From contig OZ210885.1 in the NCBI GenBank assembly GCA_964658305.1, positions 24,366,001 to 24,430,000 on the forward strand: 64,000 nt of DNA. Reading direction: 5' to 3'. Within the stretch, counting starts at the first letter, position 1. Each line of letters starts with the position of its first letter. Both the position numbers and the translations under genes were made by a program. This stretch comes from Leptogorgia sarmentosa (lineage: Eukaryota). The notes under the pieces are model-generated. The model was not told where the DNA came from. It saw only the letters and a list, made by a program, of their open reading frames with translations, and did no database searches. This document shows, piece after piece, positions 11,669-23,585 of this stretch.

Positions 11669-13909
11669 TTCTCTTTGTTTGCGAAGGCTTTCAAATGCTA
11701 CATTAGACAGCGAACTATTTATAATACCACGCGAATTAATTATCGATCACAGTTCTCGAATTAATGTGTAAACAACATGAGCGCGCAATGCATTGTGATT
11801 GACAATGATTCTTTAAGCTAAATTGGCCCTGTTTATTAATTTTGGCCCCTGGCTAGAAGGGCCAATTTGGCCCCCATTGTTGGCTGAATTGGCTACGTTT
11901 ATGGAATTTGGCCCCATGTATGTAGGGCCATTTTGCCCCCAAAATGGCATGATTTATGACTAAATTCACCCTTTGTTAAGGAGCAAATGCTTAACAACAA
12001 GCAACTTGGCTATAGAGAGTGATAAGATTATCGGAATGAAATGTTATTAAAAAATAAATATTATGTTTGGTAGGAAAACATTTATTATATTGCATAAAAG
12101 ATATATACATAATATTTACTATATGAGGTAAATAAATAGGCCTGGATCTTGTAATCTAATGGCGTGGCAGTTTCGCATTGCCGAAGTATGAAAGGACTTC
12201 TCTCCCTGTCAGTTGTACTATCATCACTCTTAAATTAAATTAACTTAACTAAGATGTTAATTTAACAAACGTGAAGAATGATTGGTGAAATAGAATATTT
12301 TCACAACTGTCACTATTGCTATATACTTACACCAATATGGAGTGAAGAGTTTTTTGCTGGAGACGGAGAGTTAATTAAATCGATTACGGCTGGTTTATCC
12401 TTATCCTCATTCGATAGAGAACCCTGTAGAAGTCCAACATTTCCTTTATGACACATGCATAGTGTAAATACAGCATATGACGTTTTAGAAAAAAGTACCT
12501 TGCTCATCTCCAACGCTTTCTTTACAGCCACTTCTTCACTTTCAGTTTGGTACTTGGAAAGCCAATTTACCAAACTGCCGCCTCGAGGCCACTTCTGGAG
12601 CTCGAAATCTTCGCTCCCAGAACTGCCAGAAACAACTTCAGAATACAATCGTGTATCCAACATTTTTTAAAATATGATGTATAATGTAGTGTTTTTGTAT
12701 CAGCTAGAGTAACCTCTAAAGTTATGGTCAGTAGCGATCCAAGTGAGACTGTACAAGATGGTAAAGGCCGAGACTGGGAAGTGTTAGCTTGCATAGCTAT
12801 AATCCATTTCCCTTGCTGGCGGAAATCTTGTGTGTTACACGAAACCTAGCATTCACAACAATGTTTCATATGAAGTGTGATGATGCCATGGCTTTTGGAC
12901 TAATCCTCAATAAGTGTGTATACCTTTATAGCTACAGTAGCCTATATTGCATGTAGACTATACACAAGTGAAGTTCAGCATGCTTCTTTCGAAAAATCAA
13001 TATTAAGGTTTAAGAAACTAAAATACACAATTTGGAACAGCACGGGTGATTGTTGTTGTGAGTTGTGACGTTGTTATGAGTAGATTTAGATGTCCATGCT
13101 TCAACTTTCTGTTTGATTTTTAGACTACGATTAGAAGAAATTAAAGAAGCCGAAGACTCAGTATTGCGCGAGAAAGACTGATTTGCATGTGCTTTCAATG
13201 ACACACTGTTTGTCATCGCGAAATTTTTGAAAGCCTCATACATTGTCTGTTGTGTTGTAAAGTATCCTATTTTTGTCACAGTTTATGTTTTAACGACTAC
13301 AAGCCCACGTAGCAGTTCAGGTATGAAATTTATACCTAAATGTCATTCAAACAACAAATCTTAATTTATTGGTTTGGTGAATACATGACGAGTGATTAAT
13401 TTGCTTTTTTAAATCATTCCTAAAGAGCACAAGTTTAATAATTGTTTAATATTTCAAAACTGGTGTAAATCTGTTATAAAATAGAGCACAGTAGCCCGAT
13501 AAGTGGCTGTTTTTGAATTATTGGCTTTACAGTATTAACTCCATTAAGTATCAATGTTGAAGTAACAACTGTAAAGCTAATAATTCAATAACAACAGCAA
13601 ATAGGCTGCAAAACCACTATAAAACAGCCGCTTATCTATAAGGTGCCATCACCGCCAAAATTCAGGCCAATTAATTTAGGAAATGGTGAGGTAAATTTAG
13701 AATATGGTGGCTTAGATTCATAAAACTATGTTTCATTTTATTAAAATTTAATCTTTTTTTTTAAAATGGTGGCTTTATGGTTCAAAATGGCGAAAAGATT
13801 TTTGAAATTATGCATTTCATTCTCTGAAATGCATATGGTAGCTCGAGCCCACAATAGCAACTGGTCAGATCTGGTCAAACCTTGACTTCGTTTGTTCAAT
13901 AAATTAAAT

Positions 13910-14295
13910 ATGTCAAATACTTGGACGGACCAGGAAACAGGGCTTTTGATTTCTCTTTGGAGCGACCAAAATGTACAAGAACAGTTGGAAAACCACAGCA
14001 TACATAACAAAGTTGTGTATGCAAAGCTTGCTGATGGCATGACCAAGGCTGGCTTTAATCGAAATGCAAAGCAGTGCGAATAAAAAATTAAGCACTTGAA
14101 AGAGAAATATCGAAATTACAAGGATAAAATAGGAAAATCTGGTGCTGGTGCTTCTAAAAAACCAAAATTTTTCGAAGAAATTGATTAAGTGCTCGGCACA
14201 AGACCACAAACGCGCCCATCATTTGTACTTGATAGTGGGAACATGGAGGCCAGTGAGAGTCGTGAATGTGAAAGCCCTGTTTCTGAAAATCATGG
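13910..14295 (+). pseudogene. Myb/SANT-like (trihelix) DNA-binding protein exon with 2 in-frame stops; a further small exon at ~23850-23902 beyond the DIRS insertion
   Basis: MSNTWTDQETGLLISLW...VYAKLADGM...GFNRNAKQCE*KIKHLKEKYR...KSG...FFEEID*VLG; GT donor at ~14295. Confidence 0.8.
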
Positions 14296-14907
14296 TAAGA
14301 ATAGCAAAAAAATGACTGAAGACATGGCACTATATCATTGTGATTGTATTATTGCATGATTGGGAAATTAAACGAAACTTACCTGGAAGTTGAAGTTTGA
14401 TTGAGATTCTATCGCATGACTATCGGAGGCAGGTGATCACATGGGAAGCACTGCGCACGCGTAAGTTCATTCTTTACAGCCCCAATAGGTACATGGGGAA
14501 ATTATCTTTCACAAATCAGGAGTGCATCACCATTATATTTGTGCGAGACTACACTCCAGAAACGAAAGATTATGACCCTACCCCCAACCAGGCAAGGGCG
14601 GGTTTGTAACAGACGACAGACCAGCAACCAGTGGGTGGGCATGTGATCACCTGCCTCCGATAGTTGTGCGATAGAATCTCAATCAAACTTCAACTTCCAG
14701 GTAAGTTTCGTTTAATTTCCAAATTCTATCACATGACCGGAGGCAGGTCACATGAGACTTTAAAGCCACCATGGACCTATTGTTCAGAAGCCCACACATG
14801 CCTGATGTATATGTATATATACATAACACTACAGCCAAGTCTGCAATAACCAATATATTTCTTGACAACTTTATAAGCTATCCACACACGCACACAACTA
14901 CTATGAT

Positions 14908-15828
14908 TCACAATGACGACAACAAAGCTGTCGCCATGTCACTTGCACCATCTGAATCAACTATTGGCTTATGATAGTACTTCTGAAAAGTCACGGCAGA
15001 CTGCCAACCAGCAGTAGACGTAATAATATCAATAGGAACTGCTCTCGCAACAGCTTTAGAGGTCGAAGCAGCTCTAGTACTATGCGGGTGAAACTGCGCT
15101 GTATCAACACCAGCCTCGCTCATAACAGTTCTAACCCACCGCGATATTGTCTGTCTCGTAACAGGCTTATCAGGTTTCTGGAAACTAATAAATAATTTCT
15201 TTTCACCTCGTCTGAAGGACGACATTCTTGCCAAATAATCCTGCAGTGTCGTTAGTGGACAAATCTTCTCATTGACAGCATATCTTTTAATCACCAGTGT
15301 TGGCGTCGGCACGCCAGGCTTACTAGTCCTGAGATGATCCACCATGTGAAAAACACAAACATCATTCGTCATATGCATACCATCTAGACTCATTAAATGT
15401 ACGGTTTGACCTCGCTGGCCTGAGGTCAACAAAACAATCATAACAAGTTTTAAAGTCAGACTCATTAATGTTATTGCAGAATGAGGATAAAGTGTTTCTA
15501 GGTACTTCAATACCACGGCAACGTCCCATGTCACATAATATCTCGGTTTCGGTTTATTTGCAAGAAAGACAGATTTCATAAATCTACTTACAAGCGGATG
15601 CATGCCAAACTGCTCACATTCTCTCTGTATGATGACGTTCGAGAGTGCTGATCGCGCTGTGCCAATGGTGGAATAGCTAAGGCCCTTCTTATGAAGATCC
15701 AACAGAAACGCCAGAGCATCCTTCATTGATGGCAAATGGTAAGTAATCTGCCTTTGACGACAAAAGTTCGGCCATTTTTTAAGGTATGTTTCATACTGTT
15801 TCTTAGTGCTGGGTCGCCAAGATTGCAT
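14908..15828 (-). CDS. DIRS tyrosine recombinase (open 306-aa frame)
   Basis: SWRPST..QY SAM-like N-terminus, GQR, KICP, HSTRAAS, AGW...TFQKYY catalytic motifs. Confidence 0.9.
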   Translation of the reverse strand: MQSWRPSTKKQYETYLKKWPNFCRQRQITYHLPSMKDALAFLLDLHKKGLSYSTIGTARSALSNVIIQRECEQFGMHPLVSRFMKSVFLANKPKPRYYVTWDVAVVLKYLETLYPHSAITLMSLTLKLVMIVLLTSGQRGQTVHLMSLDGMHMTNDVCVFHMVDHLRTSKPGVPTPTLVIKRYAVNEKICPLTTLQDYLARMSSFRRGEKKLFISFQKPDKPVTRQTISRWVRTVMSEAGVDTAQFHPHSTRAASTSKAVARAVPIDIITSTAGWQSAVTFQKYYHKPIVDSDGASDMATALLSSL

Positions 15829-16288
15829 GATGAAGTCGGCAAGTTCTGTTGGAAGGTGGTAACATGCAAGGAATTCCGGAAACAGGACATACCAGGAGAT
15901 GGAGTGTCTGGTGAAGAGGATGAATTTGTTTCGTGACTGGATGTTGAAGGAGTGTTGGCTTGGCCAGTAGAATCCATGGTTGATGGGACAACAACTGAAG
16001 CAGGCTTGGGAACCAAGGCTTTGTCGGCCACAACAGGACTACAATTATACCCGACGCTTGGTCTCCACAAATCTTTTGTAAACACCTGGCGATAAGGCTA
16101 AATGGTGGAAATGCATAAAAATTATAACGACTCCAGCTAACGCTGAACCCATCAACCACCAAAGACCCGGGGTCTGGCTTCCAGGAAGCATACTGTTCCA
16201 ACTGGTGGTTTAGTCTGCTGGCAAACAAGTCCATATTTAAATTTGGGTATTCACTTAAGATAGTGGCAAAAACAGACCGATCCAACAT
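15803..16288 (-). CDS. DIRS DNA N6-adenine methyltransferase-like domain
   Basis: DLFASRLNHQL...DGFSVSW...YAFPPFSLI...W...WFP, the motif set of the DIRS pol C-terminal MT domain. Confidence 0.8.
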   Translation of the reverse strand: MLDRSVFATILSEYPNLNMDLFASRLNHQLEQYASWKPDPGSLVVDGFSVSWSRYNFYAFPPFSLIARCLQKICGDQASGIIVVLLWPTKPWFPSLLQLLSHQPWILLAKPTLLQHPVTKQIHPLHQTLHLLVCPVSGIPCMLPPSNRTCRLHHAILATQH

Positions 16289-16299
16289 ATATTCATGCC

Positions 16300-16613
16300 T
16301 ATCATTAAATATGCAGGATTTTGTATCAGCATTGATGTTACCTTTCCCGGCAATGTGGACCGCACATATCCATATGGAGTGCTGTATACACCACTCCCAT
16401 GGTTAGGTCATTTAACTCCCTGGACCTAGTACCCCCCATCTTGTTAATATATGTAACAGCAGTAGTGTTATCTAACTGCAGTTGGACATGACAATGTCCC
16501 AACTTAAATGAAAATGATTTGAGTGCAAAATATGCAGCTAGTAATTCAAGAAAGTTTATATGAGATGAGCTCTCTGTAACAGTCCACCTTCCGCCAATCT
16601 GGTGAGTCTGCAT
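16300..16613 (-). pseudogene. DIRS RNase H, C-terminal part (split by the MULE insertion)
   Basis: GGRW...HINFLELLAA...LQLDNTTAVTYINKMGGT; continues in frame from TADASKVGWGAVMQ at ~21565-21606. Confidence 0.85.
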
Positions 16614-18005
16614 GATTTATGGTCGTTTCGTCCCGCAACCGTTTCGTCCCCTACCGTTTCGTCCCGTAACCGTTTCGTCCCATACCGTTTCGTCCCATAC
16701 CGTTTCGTCCCGTACAGTTTCGTATACCGTTCGGTATCATTTCTCGCAACAGAGATAATCTAATTGGCGCGGCATGCGCGTAGCGACTCAATAGCGCGAG
16801 GCGCGGCTAAATTGGCGCGACTCGTTAAAAAAGGCAGAACTGGTTAAAAAAGGCGCGAAAAAGGAGGAAAAAGGCAGGCGCGACTCGCCAAAAAGGTTAA
16901 ACAGGTTAACCTTGGGTTTTCTTCCATACCGGTATTATATCACGCTCACATACATACATTTCAAAATATTAATTAAATGAAGCTTCTGAATCAGTAAGCA
17001 ACATTACTTGGCTTAACAATAATTGGATAATGCCTTCTGCAAAGCGACGTCTTCGCTTTTGTTTAGAAAGTTTTCCTGCTTTGAAAACGAAAAACCCTGA
17101 AAAACCTTTTAGGAAACCTTCGTTGACTTTGTTACTTAGTGATATGATTGACACGTCGATGTAAAGGCTTTATTCAAGGTGGCTACGTGTTTTCGGTGTT
17201 CAGATGAAAACGTACCGCAAAGCGTTACGTTTTCATCTCATGCCTTTTAGAAACCGGCATTGTTTTGTGACGGCATTGTGTGAACAGAAAGCGATAATAC
17301 TGTATGGATGATTGTATGGATTATAATGCATTTGTATGGAAATTCCTGAAATTAAATAAAAACAAAAAAAAACTCAGTACGTATACAGCAGGAATATCAT
17401 GTTGAGGCCTCCCATTTCCCGGAATCTGAGAACATAAGGATCGCAAGTTGAAAACAACATTGACAAATGCGATTCATTTATTTATTATTACAAGGAGACA
17501 AAATCACATACACATTTTACTATTCTTAGCAGCTGGTAATGAGCACATTAACAATAGGATTAATAAAAAATCTATGGAATGTCTATCAAGAGAAATAACA
17601 GTGTATAAATAGCAATGTGAAACAATAGCCGCCACAGTAATCACTTGTTAACAACAAGCCAGTGGAGAAACGACGTCATCGCTCCCTTGTTACACAGATA
17701 TTACTGTTTACACCACTGGTTACATCACTGTTCAGGAATTTGATATATGAAATTTTTTTATACTTATTTAAAATATGGGAATTAGTGGAATCCGTATAAA
17801 TAGATTATCAAAACTTTAATTTCCATAGCTTTTCTAATAACTAATCCTACGCACATCCGTTGTTATTGTTAGAAAACACTAAATAGCGACACAGAAGCAT
17901 ATAAAAAGCTGGAAGTTTTTAGTATAGACATTCTGTTCCAACTCACCGTCCGTGATTGACTGAATATCTCACAACTGAAGTTTCTTAAGCGACAATTTTT
18001 CTGCA

Positions 18006-19285
18006 ATGTCAGTTCAAGGAAAAGACGCTTGTATTTCATGTAAAGAAGCCGTAAGGACAAGGCAGGAAGGGCTGCAGTGCGATGGTTGCGATCGGTGGCA
18101 GCACCGAACGTGCAATAGTGGTGTATCGCAAAAAGATTACCGTGCTGCTGTTCAAAGTAGACAAGACATAGACTGGCGTTGTGTAGATTGCCTCAACATG
18201 AGTGCAGGGATTCTTTTGCCTGTTGCAGAAAGCACAAGAATAGTCAAAGAGCAAAATGGTAAGGTTTCTTCTTGTGATTTGGTTACTATAAGGTCATTCA
18301 AACGAAAGAAAATAAGCTGCTGCCTAAATAGGCTGACGATGACGTTTTCGCGCCTAAAATTGGCGCGATCGCAACATTTTTCAAGGTTTACTATGAATAG
18401 TTTTTCAAGATTTAGTATATAGTTTACCAAGGTTTACTATATAGTTTATCAAGGTTTACTATCAATAGTTTTTCAAGGTTTACTATGAATAGTTTTTCAA
18501 GATTTAAGCCTGGTTCACATATGCCTGCGGTATGCCTGGGACTGTACCATTATGCCTCTACTTGCCGCCGAAATACCAGCAAAGTTGGGCTCAATTCAAC
18601 TTTCCCGGCTTATCGCCGATGTGAGTTACAGTAGAGGCATAATGGTACAGTCCCAGGCATACTGCAGGCATATGTGAACCAGGCTTAAATCTTGAAAAAC
18701 TTTTCATAGTAAACCTTGATAAACTATATAGTAAACCTTGGAAAACGTCATCGTCAGCCTATTTAGGCAGCATGTAACTGAGGCACTGAAGGCAATCCGT
18801 AAACAAATGTTCACATAATTTACGTTTTAAAGCTACCACCGTGAACCAGGCTCAAGTATATAGTTTTCAAGGTTTACTATATAGTTTATCAAGGTTTACT
18901 ATCAATAGTTTTTCAAGATTTAGTATATAGTTTTTCAAGGTTTATTATATAGTTTACCGAGGTTTACTATATAGTTTATCAAGGTTTACTATCAATAGTT
19001 TTTCAAGGTTTACTATCAATAGTTTTTCATAGTTTACTATAGTTTATCAAAGTTTACTATGGTTCAATTACTAATTAAGTACATCTTTCTCACAGGCAGC
19101 ACAGACAGTGAATTGGTGGGCATTGTATGTGATTTGGCAAATGAATCATCATTGGAAGCCCAACCTCTATCTCATCAAAGTGAAAACACTGGTATGTTAT
19201 CGTAGTTCATATGTATATTATATATACTGAATATATATATTTAACAATTAGATAAGGGTTGTCCAGTGCAAATATATATAAATAC

Positions 19286-19354
<69 letters not shown>

Positions 19355-20959
19355 TATTAGGGTTTACTATAGTTTATCAAGGTTTACTATGGTTTATCAA
19401 AGTTTACTATGGTTTATACTAAGAGTGCATCTTTCTCTGAAATTATTAAATTTACTGTATAGTGTTTATCGAGGATTACTACAGAGCCAAGCAACTATGC
19501 TTATTTACAATACTTCTTAAAACATTGTAGGTATAGGCAACATTTCGTATGAGATACCTGCCATTATTGAAGAGTCCTCAATTATGGAACCATTAATAGA
19601 AGCAGAGATAATTGACGAGGAACCACCTGCTGTGACATTTGAACTCATTGAAAACTGCTCCAAAAGACAGTCGACAGTCGTGGTTACTGCTACACAGTCA
19701 AGCGGCGAAGAGGAGCTGCAACTGATTGGACATGCACAATCCGTGGAAAAAACAACCGTTGCCCGGGGTCAGTGGTGCAAGATGTCCATGGATTCCGGAT
19801 TGGGTTGGCTCACAATCATGCCGGTGAAGTTGGGCTTCCTGTCACCGCCAAGCTTGTTAAGGCAATAAAAAGAAAAGCAGAAGAAAACCTTTTCCGTCCA
19901 TCCTCTGCAGTCCTTGTGAACGAAATGCCAGAAGGTCCATGTCCAAAACTACCAAAAGTAGAACATTTGATCCGGGCTGCTAATCGTTTGAGACAAGCAA
20001 AGCGTCCACAAGATCCTCAAGATTTGGAGTTTGATCTTGAAGAGGAACACATTCCCGAAGACTTCTTCAGAGCAGATGTTCGTGTTCGTGAGAGAAGGCA
20101 CCTGATTTTTGCCTCAAATCAGCAGCTTTCACATCTACACAGAGCCAAACAATGGTATGCTGATGCAACATTCAAGTTATGTCGACATCCCTTTTCTCAG
20201 CTCTTCACAATTAACGCCTTTGTATGTGAAGAAGACCAAGTTAAGCAGGTTCCACTTGTATTTGTGCTAATGTCTGGTCGCAGGAAATCCGACTACACAA
20301 AGGTCTTGAAAAAATTGGTCCAGATTATTCCAACGCCAAACGTCCAACGAATCACAATAGACTTTGAAAAAGGACTTTGGCAAGCCTTTCGCCGTGTGAT
20401 GCCTGAAATTGAAATAAAAGGATGTTTGTTCCATTGGACACAAGCAGTTTGGAGGAAAGTACAGCAACTTGGTTTGCAAACTGCCTACACTGATGACAAA
20501 GCGATCAACAGTTTCGTTAGAAGAATTATGGCATTACCATTCCTCCCGCATGAAACCATCACGGCAATGTTTGAACATTTGGCCAGCTCAACGAACACGC
20601 CTATGCTTCAACAACTTATCTCATACGTTCGGAACACTTGGATTGAAAATGAGATCTGGTCCCCAAGTACATGGTCCGTTTTTATGTTCTCAGTGAGAAC
20701 AAACAATGACGTGGAAGGTTGGCACCATGGTCTTCAACGCAGGGCCAATGGTCGTTCTGGATTGCCATTTTATCTCCTAGTAAACCTGCTGTACGAGGAA
20801 GCTCGCCTCACTGCTGCTCGAATTCGCCTGGTTTCTGCATGCAAGTTGGCGAAGGTGCAACGAAAGAAGCATAAATTAGTCCAGGCCAAAATATTCAATT
20901 TGTGGGATGCATTTAACAACAAGGAGAAGACACTGGAGCAACTTCTGCAAGCTACTTGA
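18006..20959 (+). pseudogene. Spliced PHD finger + FLYWCH-like + MULE transposase (frameshift near 19670)
   Basis: Exon 1 C-x2-C...LQCDGCDRWQHRTC...WRCVDC (PHD); GYCYTVKR...WTC...RCPG...HNH; YADATF, IDFEKG, GCLFHWTQ, RTNNDVEGWH. Confidence 0.85.
18380..19420. repeat. Intronic minisatellite (AGTTTATCAAGGTTTACTAT-like), fold-back containing a Harbinger-type MITE (~18507-18853), and (TA)n at ~19290-19351
   Basis: Directly visible repeats; agcctggttcac / gtgaaccaggct termini. Confidence 0.75.
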
Positions 20960-21564
20960 ATCGACCAACAATCAGTTAAACAAGTAGCAAATGTGACTTG
21001 TTCTGAACTTAATACTGGTACACTAAATAAAATAATTATTAAGGATTGTATATATATTAGGAAATTGCAAAATAAATTGATTGTTACTGAACAAATTACA
21101 CTGTAGTTGTTGTATTGCTTATAATACTGAAACTCATGCAATTTTAACTTAGCATGGTAAAATTGGTCATGTTTTCTAAAGTTTCTATTTTGTACTCTAG
21201 ATTTCTGGTGTAATGTCATGCTCAAACCGTGCAAATTAGACATTAATTATATACGCAAAAATAGATCTTACCGACAACTATGAACTTTTCTTCTTTCTTC
21301 ACCCATGCAAATTACATGTATATTTCTTGCAGCAGGTTGTTTAAGATATTAATAATATAAATAAAAGTATTACTCGACTGAAATAGCACTCGTTCTTCGA
21401 GCTTGTGCAATTTTGAAGCTTTGAAAAACTCAATCGTGTATATTATATGCAATTGCACTCGAAACCATGCTATTAGAAACGGGACGAAACGGTAGGGGAC
21501 GAACCGGTTACGGGACGAAACGGTAGGGGAGGAAACGGTTACGGGACGAAACGACCAGATACCA

Positions 21565-22560
21565 TCTGCATAACTGCCCCCCAACCTACTTTGGATGCAT
21601 CTGCTGTAATAACAAATGAAGGAGCAGCTTTAATAATACTCTTTTTAGCAACTGGAATATTTTCTATCCACCAGTGTAACTCAAGAACTGCTTTAGCTGA
21701 CAACATCATATGAGCCTCAAAATTGCCATTATTCTCCTTTAATGCCTGAATTTTATCGACTGAATTAAGTACGAAAACCTAAAAATACAAGAGTTTGTGT
21801 GGGACTTAAGACAGACTTGTCTGGATGTACCAGGAACCCAACAGTGTTCATTAATGAGCCAGTCGCCACAATATTAGCGTTACATTCCTCAACCGAGTCC
21901 CCTTGTAAGTAGGAATCATCAATATAACCCGAATTTATGTGACCCATGCTGCGTAAAGTGCTATATACTGGTTTTAAAAGCTTTGTAAAGATACGAGGTG
22001 CACTTGCCAAACCATTTGGCAGGCAGGTATATTGATAAAGTACCCCATTAAATTCAAATTTTAAATATTTCTGATGCTCTTTATGTATTGCTACTGTATA
22101 ATTTGCATCCTTGAGGTCAATGGAAGCCATATAGCAACCGGGTCTCATCAATTTAATGGCAGCTTCAAGCATTTTCATTTTAAAATGATGATATTCCACA
22201 TACTGGTTTAGGTTTTTGAGATTCAAGATCACTCGATGCGAGCCGTCTTTTTTAGGCAACAGAAATATTGGTAAATAAACTCTCCAACTTCATGTTGGGA
22301 CACTACAAGGACACCCTTGTCAAGTAATTTTTGAATCTCAATCAGAGCTACAGCTTTATTTAATGCAGCTTGTTGCCAGTTACAATAACCTGGAGCAAAT
22401 GCATTTGCTGACGGAGGTGCATTATGTATAAAGTCAATTTTCACCCCTTTCACATATTGTGAAATAATATGATCACTTGTGAATTTTTGCCTCTCAGGCA
22501 AATAACAACTCAATCTCCCTGCAGAAAATGTAGGCTGATTGTGCAGAATATTTGAAATCA
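21565..22560 (-). pseudogene. DIRS reverse transcriptase and RNase H N-terminus (frameshifted)
   Basis: PKKDGSHRVILNLK, SIDLKDA, LPNGLASAPRIFTK, YIDD, FLG; TADASKVGWG. Confidence 0.9.
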
Positions 22561-22574
22561 CACATGGGCTAGGC

Positions 22575-23585
22575 TTACTTACCCCACACAATGACGGTCT
22601 TGTTGCATCTACTTGTTTGTGTTTCCCTTTTTCCTGGTCGTGGGGAACCTGGCTGGCTTCGACTTGTAGACGCATAAGAAACAGGACCTCGATTCCCACG
22701 ACCAAAACCTAGATTATGCCCAGCAGGCCGAACTTTTTTGGCAAGCTTATTGGCATCAGCGATTTCCTTGGTGGCCTTAGACAAATCACCAAACAAATAA
22801 TCTCCAGAGGGCGTATGAATGTTACAAAGCGCTGCAAAGTCCTTGTGGACATCGCGTCGCATCGCGAGCCGCCTCGAATGATTATATTCATGGTTGCACT
22901 GCAACATAAACGCAATGGAGTCGGTCAACATCGTCAACAACTCCTGTTCACCGCCTTTGTTTAAAAGATAATCAGTGGCTTTGACCACCGCATTCACCGC
23001 ACCAATTAACACATGTTGAAATTTTTCGGACTTGGCATCGCCAGTCCGAGTACTCGGTGAAATTTGACCCCATATTAGCGGGTTAACACGAGGAGTCTTT
23101 AAAAACTCGACGTTCACTGGCCGAGGGTATTTCTTCAATTTCTCTTGAAGTTTATCGTCGGCAAGCCGCTCCTTGAGCAGACTGGATAATATAGCCACTA
23201 ATTCCTTATTTATCGCTTGACTAGTTTGCTCTTCAACCGCTAAATCCTGAGCTATGCTCGAAAGCACATGAGGCTTGGATGAAGTTTGCTGTGCTGACTG
23301 AGTTGTTATAAGATTGTTGACCCGAGTATCTAACGAGAACTGGTCGTCTGCTTGCTCAGCATGTCATTGTCAGCACTCTCTCTCAACTTGCCCAGCATCT
23401 TGATCGACTTCACTGGTCATCGAACGGGCCTCGCGGTACAACGCGGCTATTCCCGAGTTTAAATGCTTCATTTTGCCGAGCAAAAGAGCAAACATATCGT
23501 TGAGGGTCGAAGTTGAACTGTCCTCATCATCAACAGACAGCTCTGCTGTGGGTTGTTGCTCCTCCGAGCCAGACATAGTCAACAA
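22575..23585 (-). pseudogene. DIRS gag-like ORF1 (broken)
   Basis: KYPRPVNVEFLKTPRVNPLIW, YLFGDL motifs, located upstream of RT. Confidence 0.75.

Larger units (their letters stand above)
4523..11975. mobile_element. Kolobok-type DNA transposon with two convergent genes; exact termini unresolved
   Basis: Kolobok-type DDE transposase on +, Cys-rich second gene on -. Subterminal inverted repeat aatcattgtcaaccacaatgcattgcgcgc (~4706-4735) vs ~11781-11810. Palindromic GGGCCAATTTGGCCC motifs cluster at both ends. Confidence 0.65.
16614..21563 (+). mobile_element. MULE (Mutator-like) DNA transposon
   Basis: TIRs made of tandem (CCGTTTCGTCCC)-like units at both ends in inverted orientation; 8-bp TSD gtctgcat/atctgcat; removing the element restores the DIRS RNase H frame. 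Confidence 0.9.

Noticed and set aside
14908..16288. Prophage or bacterial integrase plus methylase
   Set aside because: Order and motifs match a DIRS retrotransposon with RT, RNase H, ITRs and ICR
16620..16735. Regular 15-16-bp repeats resembling a CRISPR array (also 21480-21556)
   Set aside because: No unique spacers; the two arrays are inverted and form the MULE TIRs in eukaryotic DNA
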